A DNA stretch of 64,000 bases from Yuukianura sp. NJ FZ-2021 (lineage: Eukaryota). The stretch's first letter is position 1; each line of letters begins with the position of its first letter. A program made the position numbers and the translations under genes. Positions 12,557-23,967 of this stretch are shown here, one piece after another. Location: the NCBI GenBank assembly GCA_046563655.1, contig CM102285.1, forward strand, positions 3,782,001-3,846,000, read 5' to 3'. Below the pieces are notes generated by a model, which worked only from the letters and a program-made list of their open reading frames with translations, was not told the DNA's origin and did no database searches.

Positions 12557-14221
12557 ATCCGTTTAGGGGCGACGCCTTCGACCTGGAGAAACATTTGCCT
12601 GATGAGCTAGACTTGCTTCCGTCTACATCTACTTCGGCATGGCCAAACCTAGATCCATTTTCGGCCCAAACAAGTCAGAATATGCTGATCGTTAACTCTC
12701 AAAACCAAATGAATCAGCAAGCGGCTAAGTTTCAAATGAATAGAGATGCCTCGGCTCAGTCTCCGTTGATCCAGGTACGTTTTAACAATTCAATTAGTTA
12801 GTTTCAATCGACCATAATTGACCACGTTTCTTTAAAACCGATCAATAAACCTGTTTCAACTAATTTCAGGGAGTAATGATGGGTGGTGCGAATCCGAATA
12901 AGAACAATCTACATATGAACAAGGCATCAGTGTTGAATAACAATATGATGATGGGTAAAGTAACTACGAACGGGCCAATGATGGTGCGTGGTGGTATAAG
13001 AAATCAACAAATAAACTCCTTAACTCCCAATATGGCTGCACAGCGGAACCAGGTTGGAACAAATAAGTCTAAAACTCTGAATCTTCCATGGTTAGGCAAC
13101 TACTAAAAGCTTAACTGAAAATTTCACGCTAAACAAACGTCTCTACTTTTGTTAAATCAGGGGATAAATATTGGTGGCAATTACTCATTCATCGGTGGAA
13201 ACCCCGGTGGTTCTCCTCAAATGCAACGATTGTTGCAGCCGATGGGGGACCTGGAGTACCGGTCCCAATGCAAGCAGCTCCTAGATATCCCGACAATGAA
13301 TTTATGGGGCAAAACACTCCGAATGTAGCAGTATCAGCGGCTATGCAAATTGGTCCCCAGAGTCAAGCTTCACCGCTCGGAGTTGGAGACGTTGCACCTT
13401 CTACGGTGGTCTCATCAATGCCGAACACAATGATGAACACCTCCTTTCCAATAAATAGTGTCAACGTCAACAATTCTGTAAATATTAATAACGGAGTATC
13501 AATTATGGGACAACCGGGGGTTATCAATCCAAATCAACAATCAAACCTAGTGCCAACTCCTGCCACTCAACCCGGAGTCGTGAATCAAAACCAAGGTCAG
13601 CCTTTACTGGGACAGGCCGGACCACAACAGCCACCTCAAAATTCGGCGCCAGGTAACGTGGATCTCGAGAAAAGAAAACTAATTCAACAACAACTTGTTC
13701 TCCTTCTTCATGCGCATAAATGCCAAAGGCGAGATTCGGCTGCAGCGAACGGAGAACAGCGACAGGTTCGATCAAATTTTTGAAATATCTTTCACTTTTC
13801 ATTACTTTCGTAGTAACCATTAGAAGTGTCCAAAACTGGACAATGGTAACGCACTCTCAGAGGTGGACTCGTCAGTATTGGATACTAACTCAACTTAACT
13901 CTTACTTAAATTCGAGAACGAAAGATTTTTTTTCTTGCCTTATTTCGATGGTGTTAGACACTCACGGGCAATTAAATTCGCTCTGTTTTGTTTTTTTAGT
14001 GTGATCTTCCACATTGTCGAACGATGAAGAACGTATTGCAACACATGTCAATTTGTCAGGCGGGAAAGAACTGTACTAAGACGCACTGCTCTTCGTCAAG
14101 ACAAATTATCTCACATTGGAAGCACTGCACAAGGCTGGACTGTCCAGTATGTCCCCCACTGAAGCAAGCCGACCGTAATCGCGCGAACTCTCAAGCACCA
14201 CAGCAACAACAAATCGCGTGA
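12557..14221 (+). pseudogene. CBP: Partial duplicate of CREB-binding protein/p300 (N-terminus to TAZ1 zinc finger only)
   Basis: Exons 12557-12774, 12870-13052, 13161-13765, 14000-14221 with GT-AG introns. Motifs FDLEKHLPDEL and TAZ1 [24 protein letters not shown]...[55 protein letters not shown]. No start exon and no KIX/bromo/HAT domain; 1-nt frameshift in the G run at 13244-13248; stop at 14219-14221. Confidence 0.85.
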
Positions 14222-14356
14222 ACTCTCAAGCACCACTGATGGGCAGTAATATTGGCATTATGGATGTCGTAATGGTTACTGCCAGTAACTTTGAGTGGTT
14301 TGCATTTGTTTAACTGTTAAATTTGTTTAAGGGCATGTTATTTTATACTTTCTTTC

Positions 14357-14476
14357 GCCAAGGTCCATACCACGTTGAAAGCACCAGTTCTCGTCCGATC
14401 ACTGAAGTTAAGCAACGTCGGGCCCGGTTAGTACTTGGATGGGTGACCGCCTGGGAACCCCGGGTGCTCTTGGCAT
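14357..14476 (+). rRNA. 5S rRNA: 5S ribosomal RNA, copy 1
   Basis: GCCAAGGTCCATACCACGTTGAAAGCACCAGTTCTCGTCCGATC...AGTACTTGGATGGGTGACCGCCTGGGAAC...CTTGGC matches the eukaryotic 5S pattern; internal control region intact; oligo-T Pol III terminator follows. Confidence 0.97.
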
Positions 14477-16108
14477 TCTTTTTTATTTCAACTTTTTATA
14501 CATTGATATATCTATAATAATATTTAATTTTATTTCAGTTTTCATTTTTTTTTGTTATTGTGTATAATTTTAGCTACAGTTCGGCTATTTCATTATAAAA
14601 CTAATTTTTACAATTGATTTTTTTAAATGGAATCTCAAAACCGTATTGTACTTGTACACAAAATATTTTGAAAATCAAAACAATCATTATTTTTTTTTGT
14701 TGCTAGTTTGACTTAAAAAGAAAATAACGTGATATATTGATTGGCATTTCCAACAAAAAAAAATTACCGCCTACTAGGTAGTTACCTTAGACGATTACAT
14801 TTTACCAGTACAAATATTATGTACAAATAAGGTTCTGCAGTATTGTCTTGTCTATTATGTAAATATACTAGCAAGTAAAACCACGAGAACCCTGAAAAAC
14901 CTACAATACGAGAAAAGACTTAAGGTTGTGTTTGTAATAAGAAATAAATTTAGCCGAATCCAATTAAAGTTAGTTCAGAGAGACAGGGTCTCATCTGATT
15001 GCGTTGGTTTAATTACGAAGTTTTGCGTCGGTATGATGTTAACATTGAACTAGAGTAGTTTAAGATCATTTGACCGTCGAACAGTGATTGCCGCTTACTT
15101 TTTTTTCCTGTTATGGTTTCAAAATCACATTTACAAGCTTACGAATAACGTTTTTTTTTTAAAACAAAAAACAAACAATTTTCAACTCAACTTGAGCGTG
15201 ATAACGTGCAAACGTTATTTTGCTGAGCATTCCATTTGGAGAAACAATTTTAGCGCAATCACATTAGCTATTTTTCCGTTGGTACCCTAACCCTATAATC
15301 CGGTTGAAATAAAAATCCGGTACCTTGTAATGTTAAACAATTAGGGAAATGTGGTTTACCGCCAACTTGATAAAAATTGAAACAAACAAGGAACTTGATT
15401 TTTCTTATCCATAAATAAAACAGGTTTTGCACAGAACTTATGAAAGTAGCAAGAGATATTCCTGCCAGTGACATCAACACCTTGGGCATGTTTGTATTTT
15501 AATTTCAACGTTTGCGTTAAAACGATGAAATCAAATTCTGGATCTTTAACCCAGACGGAGCAGAACTAGGTGACCTTGGATGAGGAGAGTAAATCACCCC
15601 CACTGATTCCATGCTGCCATAATGGCATTATCACATGAAATGTCATGTCATAAATATACCTGGGACAACTTGGGATTAGCCGGACCAAAATTGCCTTACG
15701 CCCTTCATCACACTTTAAAGTAGTACAAAAAGTGGTTTCAAATTGTAGTTTCGAGTGCTTTTGGTTGTCGTCCTTAGCCTTAGTTAGGTTATAGACGTAG
15801 ACGTAAGACCAGTTGACCTTTGCCTATAGTTTGACCTATCACCCGCATACAGTTGGCCTTACTGCTGGGTTTTAAACGAAAACATTCAACACTGCAATTC
15901 CTTGAAATTCACAGCTTATGTGCTCCGCCGATTGTCGGACAGACCGACATACAAAGCATAACCGCAAACTAGCTTTCACCGTACTTATACTAATCCAATC
16001 TGGTGGAGAATTCTGCCAACGTATAAGACCTACCAACCGCTCCTTGGAGTCATTCAGTTGGTTACATACATTTGTCAAACCGACAAAGCACTAATAAGTC
16101 AAATAAAA

Positions 16109-16585
16109 ATGGCCATCGATTTTACAAAAAAGTTGTCCGCTGCTGATGTGGAAGAAATCACGCGAATTTTTCGGTCAATGCCGACATTTGCAAACGAGTC
16201 CATTTCAATTGTCGATGCGGTTGAATTTTACGAGAAAATTGGGTGGGAGCGGACCCAAGAGCAAATCGCAGCCTACAACTCATACATGGAAAAATTCTTC
16301 GGCGGAAGGTATCCATTGAAGTTGTTTCAAGATGGAATTTCGGAGGTGCACGACACCGCAGGAATTATGCTGGTCACAGCTCGGGCGTATGACACCAACG
16401 GAGATGGGTTCATCAGTGAAGATGAATTTGAAGAATTGAAGAAAATTTTTGTGGCACATGACCCCCGCTTGAAGGAAATGGATTTTGCACAATTCGTAAA
16501 GGAAGCTGACGCTAATCGTGATGGCCGCATCTCAGTCCAAGAGTTTGCGGATTGGATCCGAACTTCATTGAATATCGCGATGTGA
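16109..16585 (+). CDS. Calmodulin-like EF-hand protein, paralogue 1 (intronless)
   Basis: 158 aa; canonical EF loops DTNGDGFISEDE and DANRDGRISVQE; N-lobe loops degenerate; AATAAA downstream. Confidence 0.9.
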   Translation: MAIDFTKKLSAADVEEITRIFRSMPTFANESISIVDAVEFYEKIGWERTQEQIAAYNSYMEKFFGGRYPLKLFQDGISEVHDTAGIMLVTARAYDTNGDGFISEDEFEELKKIFVAHDPRLKEMDFAQFVKEADANRDGRISVQEFADWIRTSLNIAM

Positions 16586-16887
16586 TCATCTCAACTGAAA
16601 ACATCGATATATGTCATGAAATTTTAGCGTGCTAAAATTTTACTTCTGCGAAATAAATCTGAATAAAAATAAAAAGCACCACACAAAAACGTTGTTTGTT
16701 ACTGATCCACCTGGAAAACGCATGCTCGAATTGTGTGACCCACAACCCGATATGTTAAAAAAATACTTGAACTCTCCTCAACCTCTCATGGAATGTCGCA
16801 TCATTGCACGATTTACAACTGGTTTTATTTTTAGTAATATTTGTTTTTAACATTTGTTTAAGCTCATGTTATTTTACTCCTGCTCCT

Positions 16888-17007
16888 GCCAAGGTCCATA
16901 CCACGTTGAAAGCACCAGTTCTCGTCCGATCACTGAAGTTAAGCAACGTCGGGCCCGGTTAGTACTTGGATGGGTGACCGCCTGGGAACCCCGGGTGCTC
17001 TTGGCAT
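16888..17007 (+). rRNA. 5S rRNA: 5S ribosomal RNA, copy 2 (identical to copy 1)
   Basis: Same sequence as 14357-14476, followed by TTCTTTTTT; flanks are homologous to those of copy 1. Confidence 0.97.
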
Positions 17008-18274
17008 TCTTTTTTATTTCAAAGTTTTGTATATTGATATATCTATAATAATAACATTCAATTTTATTTCGGTTTTCATTATTTTTCTTGTGTATAATTT
17101 TAGAAACAGTTCGGCAATTTCATTGTAAGTACCTAATTTTCACAATTGATTTTAAATAGTTTGGGATCTCAAAATTCACGGCCTGGAATCACTGAGTGCT
17201 TTGAACGACTGCTTTAATTTAATCAAGTTAAACAATTTACATAGGTGATAAGTTTAATACAATTTATGATAATTTTTCATGACATTTCAACATTTTACAC
17301 TACATGTTTTAGTTTATTGAATAATTTAAATAATAAACAATTTTAAATAAATAATAATTTGAATTTAAAATGAAATCTATATACACGGCAGATAAGAGGT
17401 GTAAATGAGAAACGTTTGGAAACTGACGTCACAGATTTGAAATCGACCAATCGGGTGGCAAGGGGGGAACATAGTCGGGACGTGCTAAGTTCTATACTTT
17501 CTACTTTCTATAAATTCTAAGAATGGTTTGAAACGCAAAGGCCCTATTACAAATTATTTACAAGTAAAACCACGAGAACTCCGAAACCCTGTGAATACGA
17601 GAAACCAATGGAGGAGAGCGTGGTTTAATAAGAAATAAAACTCGAAACGAAAACAACTAATTCCAACTGAAAATTGTTTTTTTTTGTTTTATTTTAATTG
17701 AACTAAAACTTAATTACTAAAACCTACATCATCCAGATCGTCATCCGATTAACTTTGGTCAATGTCAACCACCGAAATGTGGTTGACATTGAATTAGAGT
17801 GAGTTAAAGATTATTTCACCTACGAGCAACGCTTGAGATTTAGTTTTTGTTGCTTAATTTACTTACTTTTTGACTATTTACTATTTCATTCCTATACTAT
17901 TACTATATTATTCACTATTTTACTATTATATGTTACTACTTTTTTTCTCACTTACTAATCAACTAACTTTCTCAATGTTTACTTTTTATGTTACCGGTTT
18001 CAAAATCACAAATCTCCGAATTTGTATTTTTTTAATCACTTATAGCCCAATTAAAACACGCGCATGTGATGAAGTTGAAAAAAAGTTACACCAATTCAAA
18101 GTAAATCTTAAGGTACTTTTTGCCATCCATTCCAATTAGAGATTCAATTTTGTCGCGATCGATACAAATAGTGACTTAAAGGTTGGGTAATTAGTTAATT
18201 AATTCAGTCATTAATTTGTTGCTAATGGGTAATTGGCAAGTTCGTAGACAATTCACGACCCTATTCAAACTTTT

Positions 18275-18351
18275 ATTACGTAATGAATCGAATCTGATGG
18301 AGAATTATGCTGTCACCATATAAAACCTAGCAACAGTTCTTGTCATTCAGT
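18275..18351 (+). promoter_or_regulatory. Core promoter of EF-hand paralogue 2 (ATTACGTAAT palindrome, TATA, Inr)
   Basis: ATTACGTAAT 18275-18284, TATAAAA 18319-18325, arthropod-type Inr TCAGT 18347-18351; the same layout precedes paralogues 3 and 4. Confidence 0.55.
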
Positions 18352-18401
18352 GAGTTGGTTACATACATTTGTCAAAGCAACAAAGCACAAACTGAAATAA
18401 A

Positions 18402-18875
18402 ATGCCCATCGATTTTACAAAAAAGTTGTCGGCTGCTGATGTCGAAGAGATCAAACGAACATTTCGGTCAATGCCGACATTTAACGAGTCCATTGCAAAA
18501 GCTGATGTGGTTGAATTTTTCAAGAAAATTGGATGGGAAAGGAATGAAGAGCAACTCGAAGCGTACAACGCTTACATGGAGAAATTCTGGGGTGGACGGT
18601 GTGTGTTGCACTTGTATCTAGAAGGAATGTCGGATCCACAAGATACGGCAGGAACTCTGCTGGTCGCCGCCAGGGCATATGACACCAATGGAGATGGATT
18701 TATCAGTGAGGATGAATTTGAAGAACTGAAGAAAGCTTTTTTGGCACATGACCCCAGATTGAAGGAAGTGGATTTTGCAAAATTCACAGAGGAAGCGGAC
18801 ACTGACCGTGATGGCCGAATCTCAGTCCAGGAGTTAGCAGATTGGATCCGAACTACGTTGAAGATCGAGAAGTGA
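18402..18875 (+). CDS. Calmodulin-like EF-hand protein, paralogue 2 (intronless)
   Basis: 157 aa; EF loops DTNGDGFISEDE and DTDRDGRISVQE. Confidence 0.9.
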   Translation: MPIDFTKKLSAADVEEIKRTFRSMPTFNESIAKADVVEFFKKIGWERNEEQLEAYNAYMEKFWGGRCVLHLYLEGMSDPQDTAGTLLVAARAYDTNGDGFISEDEFEELKKAFLAHDPRLKEVDFAKFTEEADTDRDGRISVQELADWIRTTLKIEK

Positions 18876-20760
18876 CCATTTCAACCGAAAACCGATTTAT
18901 GTCTTAAAATTTTAATGTGTTAAAATTTTAATTTGTCAGTAAAGTAAATCTGCATTATAAAAAAAACGTAGAATGGTTTGTTCTTGCTCCACCATGTTAG
19001 TTAAAGAAATTGTCATCAATGCAGTGTTAAACAAGGTCCTAAAACAGTTTTTTTCCTCGGAGCTGAGGCTGGCGCATACCCTGGAAACCGGAAGTCAGAG
19101 CGCCGATAAAGTTGACGAATGTAGGTACAGCAGGGTTCATGTTACGAATGTCGTGGAATGAGGCACAACACGGCAAACTTTACGTAACGCCCTGGACCGT
19201 CCCGTCCAAGGAGTGCTCTGAACGACTCGTTTAAATGAATTAAGTGAAACAATTTACATATGTGATAAGTTTAATTCAGTATGTGAGAACTTTTTATGAC
19301 GTTATAAATTTTTTTTTATACATAGAACATTTCACACTAGATCTCTCATGTTATGGAATAATGTAAGTAATTAATAATTTTAAATAAAAAAAAGTTCAAT
19401 AAAAAATTATTTTTTTCATGTTATATTTTTGACTTTAACGAAACAGTGACATGTTCATCATGAACATGAACACGTTACTTATTATTTTATTTTTTGTTTT
19501 GCTATTGTTTCTTTAAAACATAAAGGTGGTATGAACATGACTGATTTATAATTCGACAACATTTGTATCCCATGTATTTAATGTAGGCAATTACTTTCAT
19601 CCTAGAATGGCTATGACGCCATTTGTTGGTAAGTGCAAATTAGGTTTTCTAGTTATAAGGAGTTCTAAATCATTTGTAGAATTTAAAGAAAGTATAGAAT
19701 TCACGTCGAGGCATGACGTACTTTTTAAGGTTGGATTAGGTTGCAAAATTGATAAACACAAGTGCTGTAAATGAGAAAGGTTTGGAAACTGACGTCAGAG
19801 ATTTCAAATCGACCATTTACTGGAGCCGTAACAAAACGGGTGGCAGGAGGTGAAAATAGGCGGGACTTGCTAAATTCTATCGTTTTTATAAATGGTTTGA
19901 AACACAAACTCCCTATTATATGTTACAGTACATCCAACGAAAAATTTGAAACCATGTGAATGTGAGAAACAGCTCCATAAGGGCGTGGTTTATAAGAAGT
20001 AAAACTCGAAACGAAACCAACTAATTCCAGAATTGCAGAGTAATTTTTTGTCTTCTTTTTAATTAGATTAAAATTTGGTTACTAAAACCTACATCGTCCA
20101 GTTGGTCATCTGATTATCTTTTGTTTACGCAGTTAGTCATCGAAATGTGGTTGACATTGAATTAGAGTTAAAAATTATTTCACCTTCGAGCAATGCAATG
20201 ATTTAGTTTTTGTAATATTACTTGATTTGTTAATTTACTTACTTTTTTTTCTTACTTACTAATCAACTTATTTTCTTCATGTTTACTTTTTATGCTACCG
20301 CGAGTTCAAAATCACAAAAATGTCCGGATTTGTATTTTTTCCAAACATTTATAGTCCAATTAAAACATGAGCGTGATGATGTTTAACGGTACGGGTGGAT
20401 ATCGGTTGCAAAAATTTTTCAGATTTTCGCGCGTTAAAAGACGTTACACCAATTTAAAATAACTCTTAACGTACTTTTTGTCATCTATTCCTATTAGAGA
20501 TCCAATTTTGTCACGATCGATCTAACCAAATAGTGACTTAAAGATTGCGTAATTAATTAATTAATTAATTTTAATTTGTTGCTAATGGGTAATTGGCAAG
20601 TTCGTAGACAATGAACGACCCTATTCAAACTATTATTACGTAATGAGTCGAATCTGCTAGGGAATTATCCATCAACGTATAAAATCATCCGACAGTTCTT
20701 GCCAGTCAGTGAGTTGGTTACATACATTTGTCAAAGCAACAAAGCACGAACGGAAATAAA

Positions 20761-21234
20761 ATGGCCATCGATTTTACAAAAAAGTTGTCGGCTGCTGATG
20801 TCGAAGAGATCAAACGAACATTTCGGTCAATGCCGACATTTAACGAGTCCATTGCAAAAGCTGATGTGGTTGAATTTTTCAAGAAAATTGGATGGGAAAG
20901 GAATGAAGAGCAACTCGCTGCGTACAACGCCTACATGGAGAAATTCTTGGGGGGAAGGTGTCTGTTGCACTTGTTTCTAGAAGGACTGTCGGATGCACAA
21001 GATACGGCAGGAACTATGCTGGTCGCCGCCAGGGCGTATGACACCAACGGAGATGGGTTCATCAGTGAGGATGAATTCGAAGAACTGAAGAAAACTCTTG
21101 CGGCACATGACCCCAGATTGAAGGAAGTGGATTTTACACAATTCGTTGAGGAAGCGGACACTGACCGTGATGGCCGAATCTCAGTCCAGGAGTTTGCGGA
21201 TTGGATCCGAACTTCATTGAAGATTACAATGTAA
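20761..21234 (+). CDS. Calmodulin-like EF-hand protein, paralogue 3 (intronless)
   Basis: 157 aa from the ATG homologous to the other copies; EF loops DTNGDGFISEDE and DTDRDGRISVQE. Confidence 0.9.
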   Translation: MAIDFTKKLSAADVEEIKRTFRSMPTFNESIAKADVVEFFKKIGWERNEEQLAAYNAYMEKFLGGRCLLHLFLEGLSDAQDTAGTMLVAARAYDTNGDGFISEDEFEELKKTLAAHDPRLKEVDFTQFVEEADTDRDGRISVQEFADWIRTSLKITM

Positions 21235-23496
21235 TCATCTTTACCGAGGAAATCCATGCAGTTATGTCTTAAAATTTTAATGTGTTAAAATTTTAATTCA
21301 TCAATAGGTTGAATCTGTATTATAAAAAAAACGTTACTATATAATAGTTTGTTCTTGCTCCACCATGCTAGTTAAACAAATTCTTATTAAATGAAATGAA
21401 GTTTACTTGTAAGACTACTTTACTGTCCTTACAGTTTTTTCCTCTGTGCTAAGCCTGGCGTTTACCTGGAAACCAATGGGCCATAACTGAACAATGTAGA
21501 TACAGTATGGTTCAGCGTAATAATGGAATGAGGTACAGTACGGTAAATTTTACGTAATGAACTTTGACCTCCCAATATTAAAAATTGTTAAATATTAATG
21601 CTAATTCAGCATCGTCTACTTACAGTGTTAAAATTGTTGAAATTAATCAAATAAAATCTTTGGCTACCAAACTCCTAATTTAATAAAACTTGAGTTAGTC
21701 TAATATACACAATGTTTTTAAAGACTGCTAACCAGAACTATAGTAGTGTTACTCCTCCTGTCGTCTCGATTCTTACTACTGTAGTGCTTCAAATGAATAA
21801 TAACTTGATGAATAATTTTTTGAATATTTAAAGTTATAGTTATAAAAGTATCACAAAAAGCAAACCATTACCAGTATTACTGTAAACAGTGGTTGGGTTA
21901 GGAAAGCACAGGGTATAGCACGTAAAAGTAAACGCCATAAATTCGTAGATAGCATAGAACCGAAAGAATTTTGGTAAATGGGCGGTCGCCTTTAAGCCAC
22001 TTGTCCCCTTGTTCACATACATAAAGTGACTTCATGTAGTCCGCCGTCAATGTTCTGTCTACAGCTTTTGTTGGCTAAAAAGTAAATTGATAATAATAAA
22101 AAAGGAATAATAAATGACAAAAATAACATACAAAGATTTAATAAAATGTTTCACCACCTTAAGTTACGTACTACTTTTAATTTTCTTTCTTGTTAATTAC
22201 TTTCACTACAGCAAAGCTCTGACGATATTTGGTGGTAAGGGGCAAACTAGATTCTTTAGTATTAGGGAGTTTGCTTTATAAATCATTTATAAAATTTACA
22301 GAAAGTACAGAATTTATTGTGAGGAGTGACGTGAATTTTCAAAGTTAGACTTAGGTTTTAATCTTAGGTTGGGCTAGGTTCCAAAATTTTATATACACAG
22401 TAAATACGCGCTGCACATGAGAAAAGTTTGGAAACTGAAGTCAAACATTTGAAATCGACCAATCCCGGAAACCGTAACAAAATGGGTGGGAGGAGTGAAA
22501 AGAGGTGGGACTTGATAGATTCTATACTTTCTATAAATTCTATAAATGATTTGGAACAAAAACGCCCTATTACAAGTTACAAGTATAACCACGAGAACTC
22601 GGGCACCCTGGGAATGCGAGAAATCGGTCGCGGAGGGCTAAGAAATAAATTAATTCGAAACGAAACCAATTAATTCCAGTTAAAACTTTTTTTGTCTTTT
22701 TTTTTTAAATTTGATTCGGATTTAATTATTAAAACCTACATCGTCCAGTTGGCCATCTGATTACGTTTGGTTTACGTGTTTAGTCATCCAAATGAGGGTG
22801 GCCGAATTAGAGTAGTTAAAGATTATTTTACGTTTGAACGATGCTTGAAATTTAGTTTCTTTAATGTTACTTAATTTCCTTACTCATTTTTCTTACTTCC
22901 TAATTAACTTACTTTCTTAATGTTTACTTTTTATTTACCGGTTTCAAAATCACAAATGTCCGGATTTGTATTTTTTAAAAATCATTTATAGCCCAATTAA
23001 AACACGAGCGTGATGAGAGGTTTAAAGCCATGGATGGATATAGGTAAGTAGCAAAATTATCTCAGATGCTCGCGCATTTACAACGGGTTTCGCCAATTCA
23101 AAATAACTCTTAATGTACTTTTTGTCATCAATTCCAATTAAAGATCCAATTTTGTCGCGATCGATGCAAATAATGACCTAAAGTTTGGGTAGTTAATTAA
23201 TTAATTCATTAACTTGTTGCCAATGGGTAATTTTGTCCTCCAATCCAATTTTGTCGCGATACAAATGGTGACTTAAAGTTAATTAATTAATTAATTAATT
23301 TGTTGCTAATGGGTAATGGGCAAGTTGGCGCACAATGCTCGACCCTATTCAAAATATTATTACGTAATTAGAGAATTACGCAGTTCTCTTCTAGGGAATT
23401 ATGCTGTCAACATATAAAACCATCCGACAGTTCCTGACATTCAGTTACTTGGTTTACATACATTTCCTAAAGCAACAAAGCACGAACGGAAATAAA

Positions 23497-23967
23497 ATGC
23501 CCATCGATTTTACCAAAAAGTTGTCGGCTGCTGATGTGGAAGAAATCAAGCGAATTTTTCGGTCAATGCCGACATTTAGCGAGTCCATTGCAATTTCTGA
23601 TGCGGCTGAATTCTGCGAGAAAATTGGTTGGAAGCGGAATCAAGAGCAACTCGCAGCGAACAACGCCTACATGGAAAAATTCGCAGGTGGAAGGTATCCA
23701 TTGAAGTTGTTTCTACAAGGAATTACGGCGGTACACGATACGGCAGAAGCTATATTGGTCGCAGCCAGAGCGTATGACACCAACGGGGATGGGTTCATCA
23801 GTGAGGATGAATTCGAAGAACTGAAGAAAACTTTTGTTGCACATGATCCCAGATTGAAGGAAGTGGATTTTGCAAAATTCGTCCAGGAAGCGGACACTAA
23901 CAAGGATGGCCGCATCTCAGTCTACGAGCTTGCGGATTGGATCCGAACTTCATTGAAGATGAAGTGA
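23497..23967 (+). CDS. Calmodulin-like EF-hand protein, paralogue 4 (intronless)
   Basis: 156 aa from the homologous ATG; EF loops DTNGDGFISEDE and DTNKDGRISVYE. Confidence 0.9.
   Translation: MPIDFTKKLSAADVEEIKRIFRSMPTFSESIAISDAAEFCEKIGWKRNQEQLAANNAYMEKFAGGRYPLKLFLQGITAVHDTAEAILVAARAYDTNGDGFISEDEFEELKKTFVAHDPRLKEVDFAKFVQEADTNKDGRISVYELADWIRTSLKMK

Noticed and set aside
14323-17048. Two similar 64-aa ORFs (…QGPYHVESTSSRPITEVKQRR…)
   Set aside because: They are translations of the 5S rRNA genes.
16109-23967. EF-hand paralogues as aequorin-type photoproteins or luciferin-binding proteins
   Set aside because: Those are longer and have three functional EF-hands; these ~157-aa proteins have only two, and nothing in the sequence supports luminescence.
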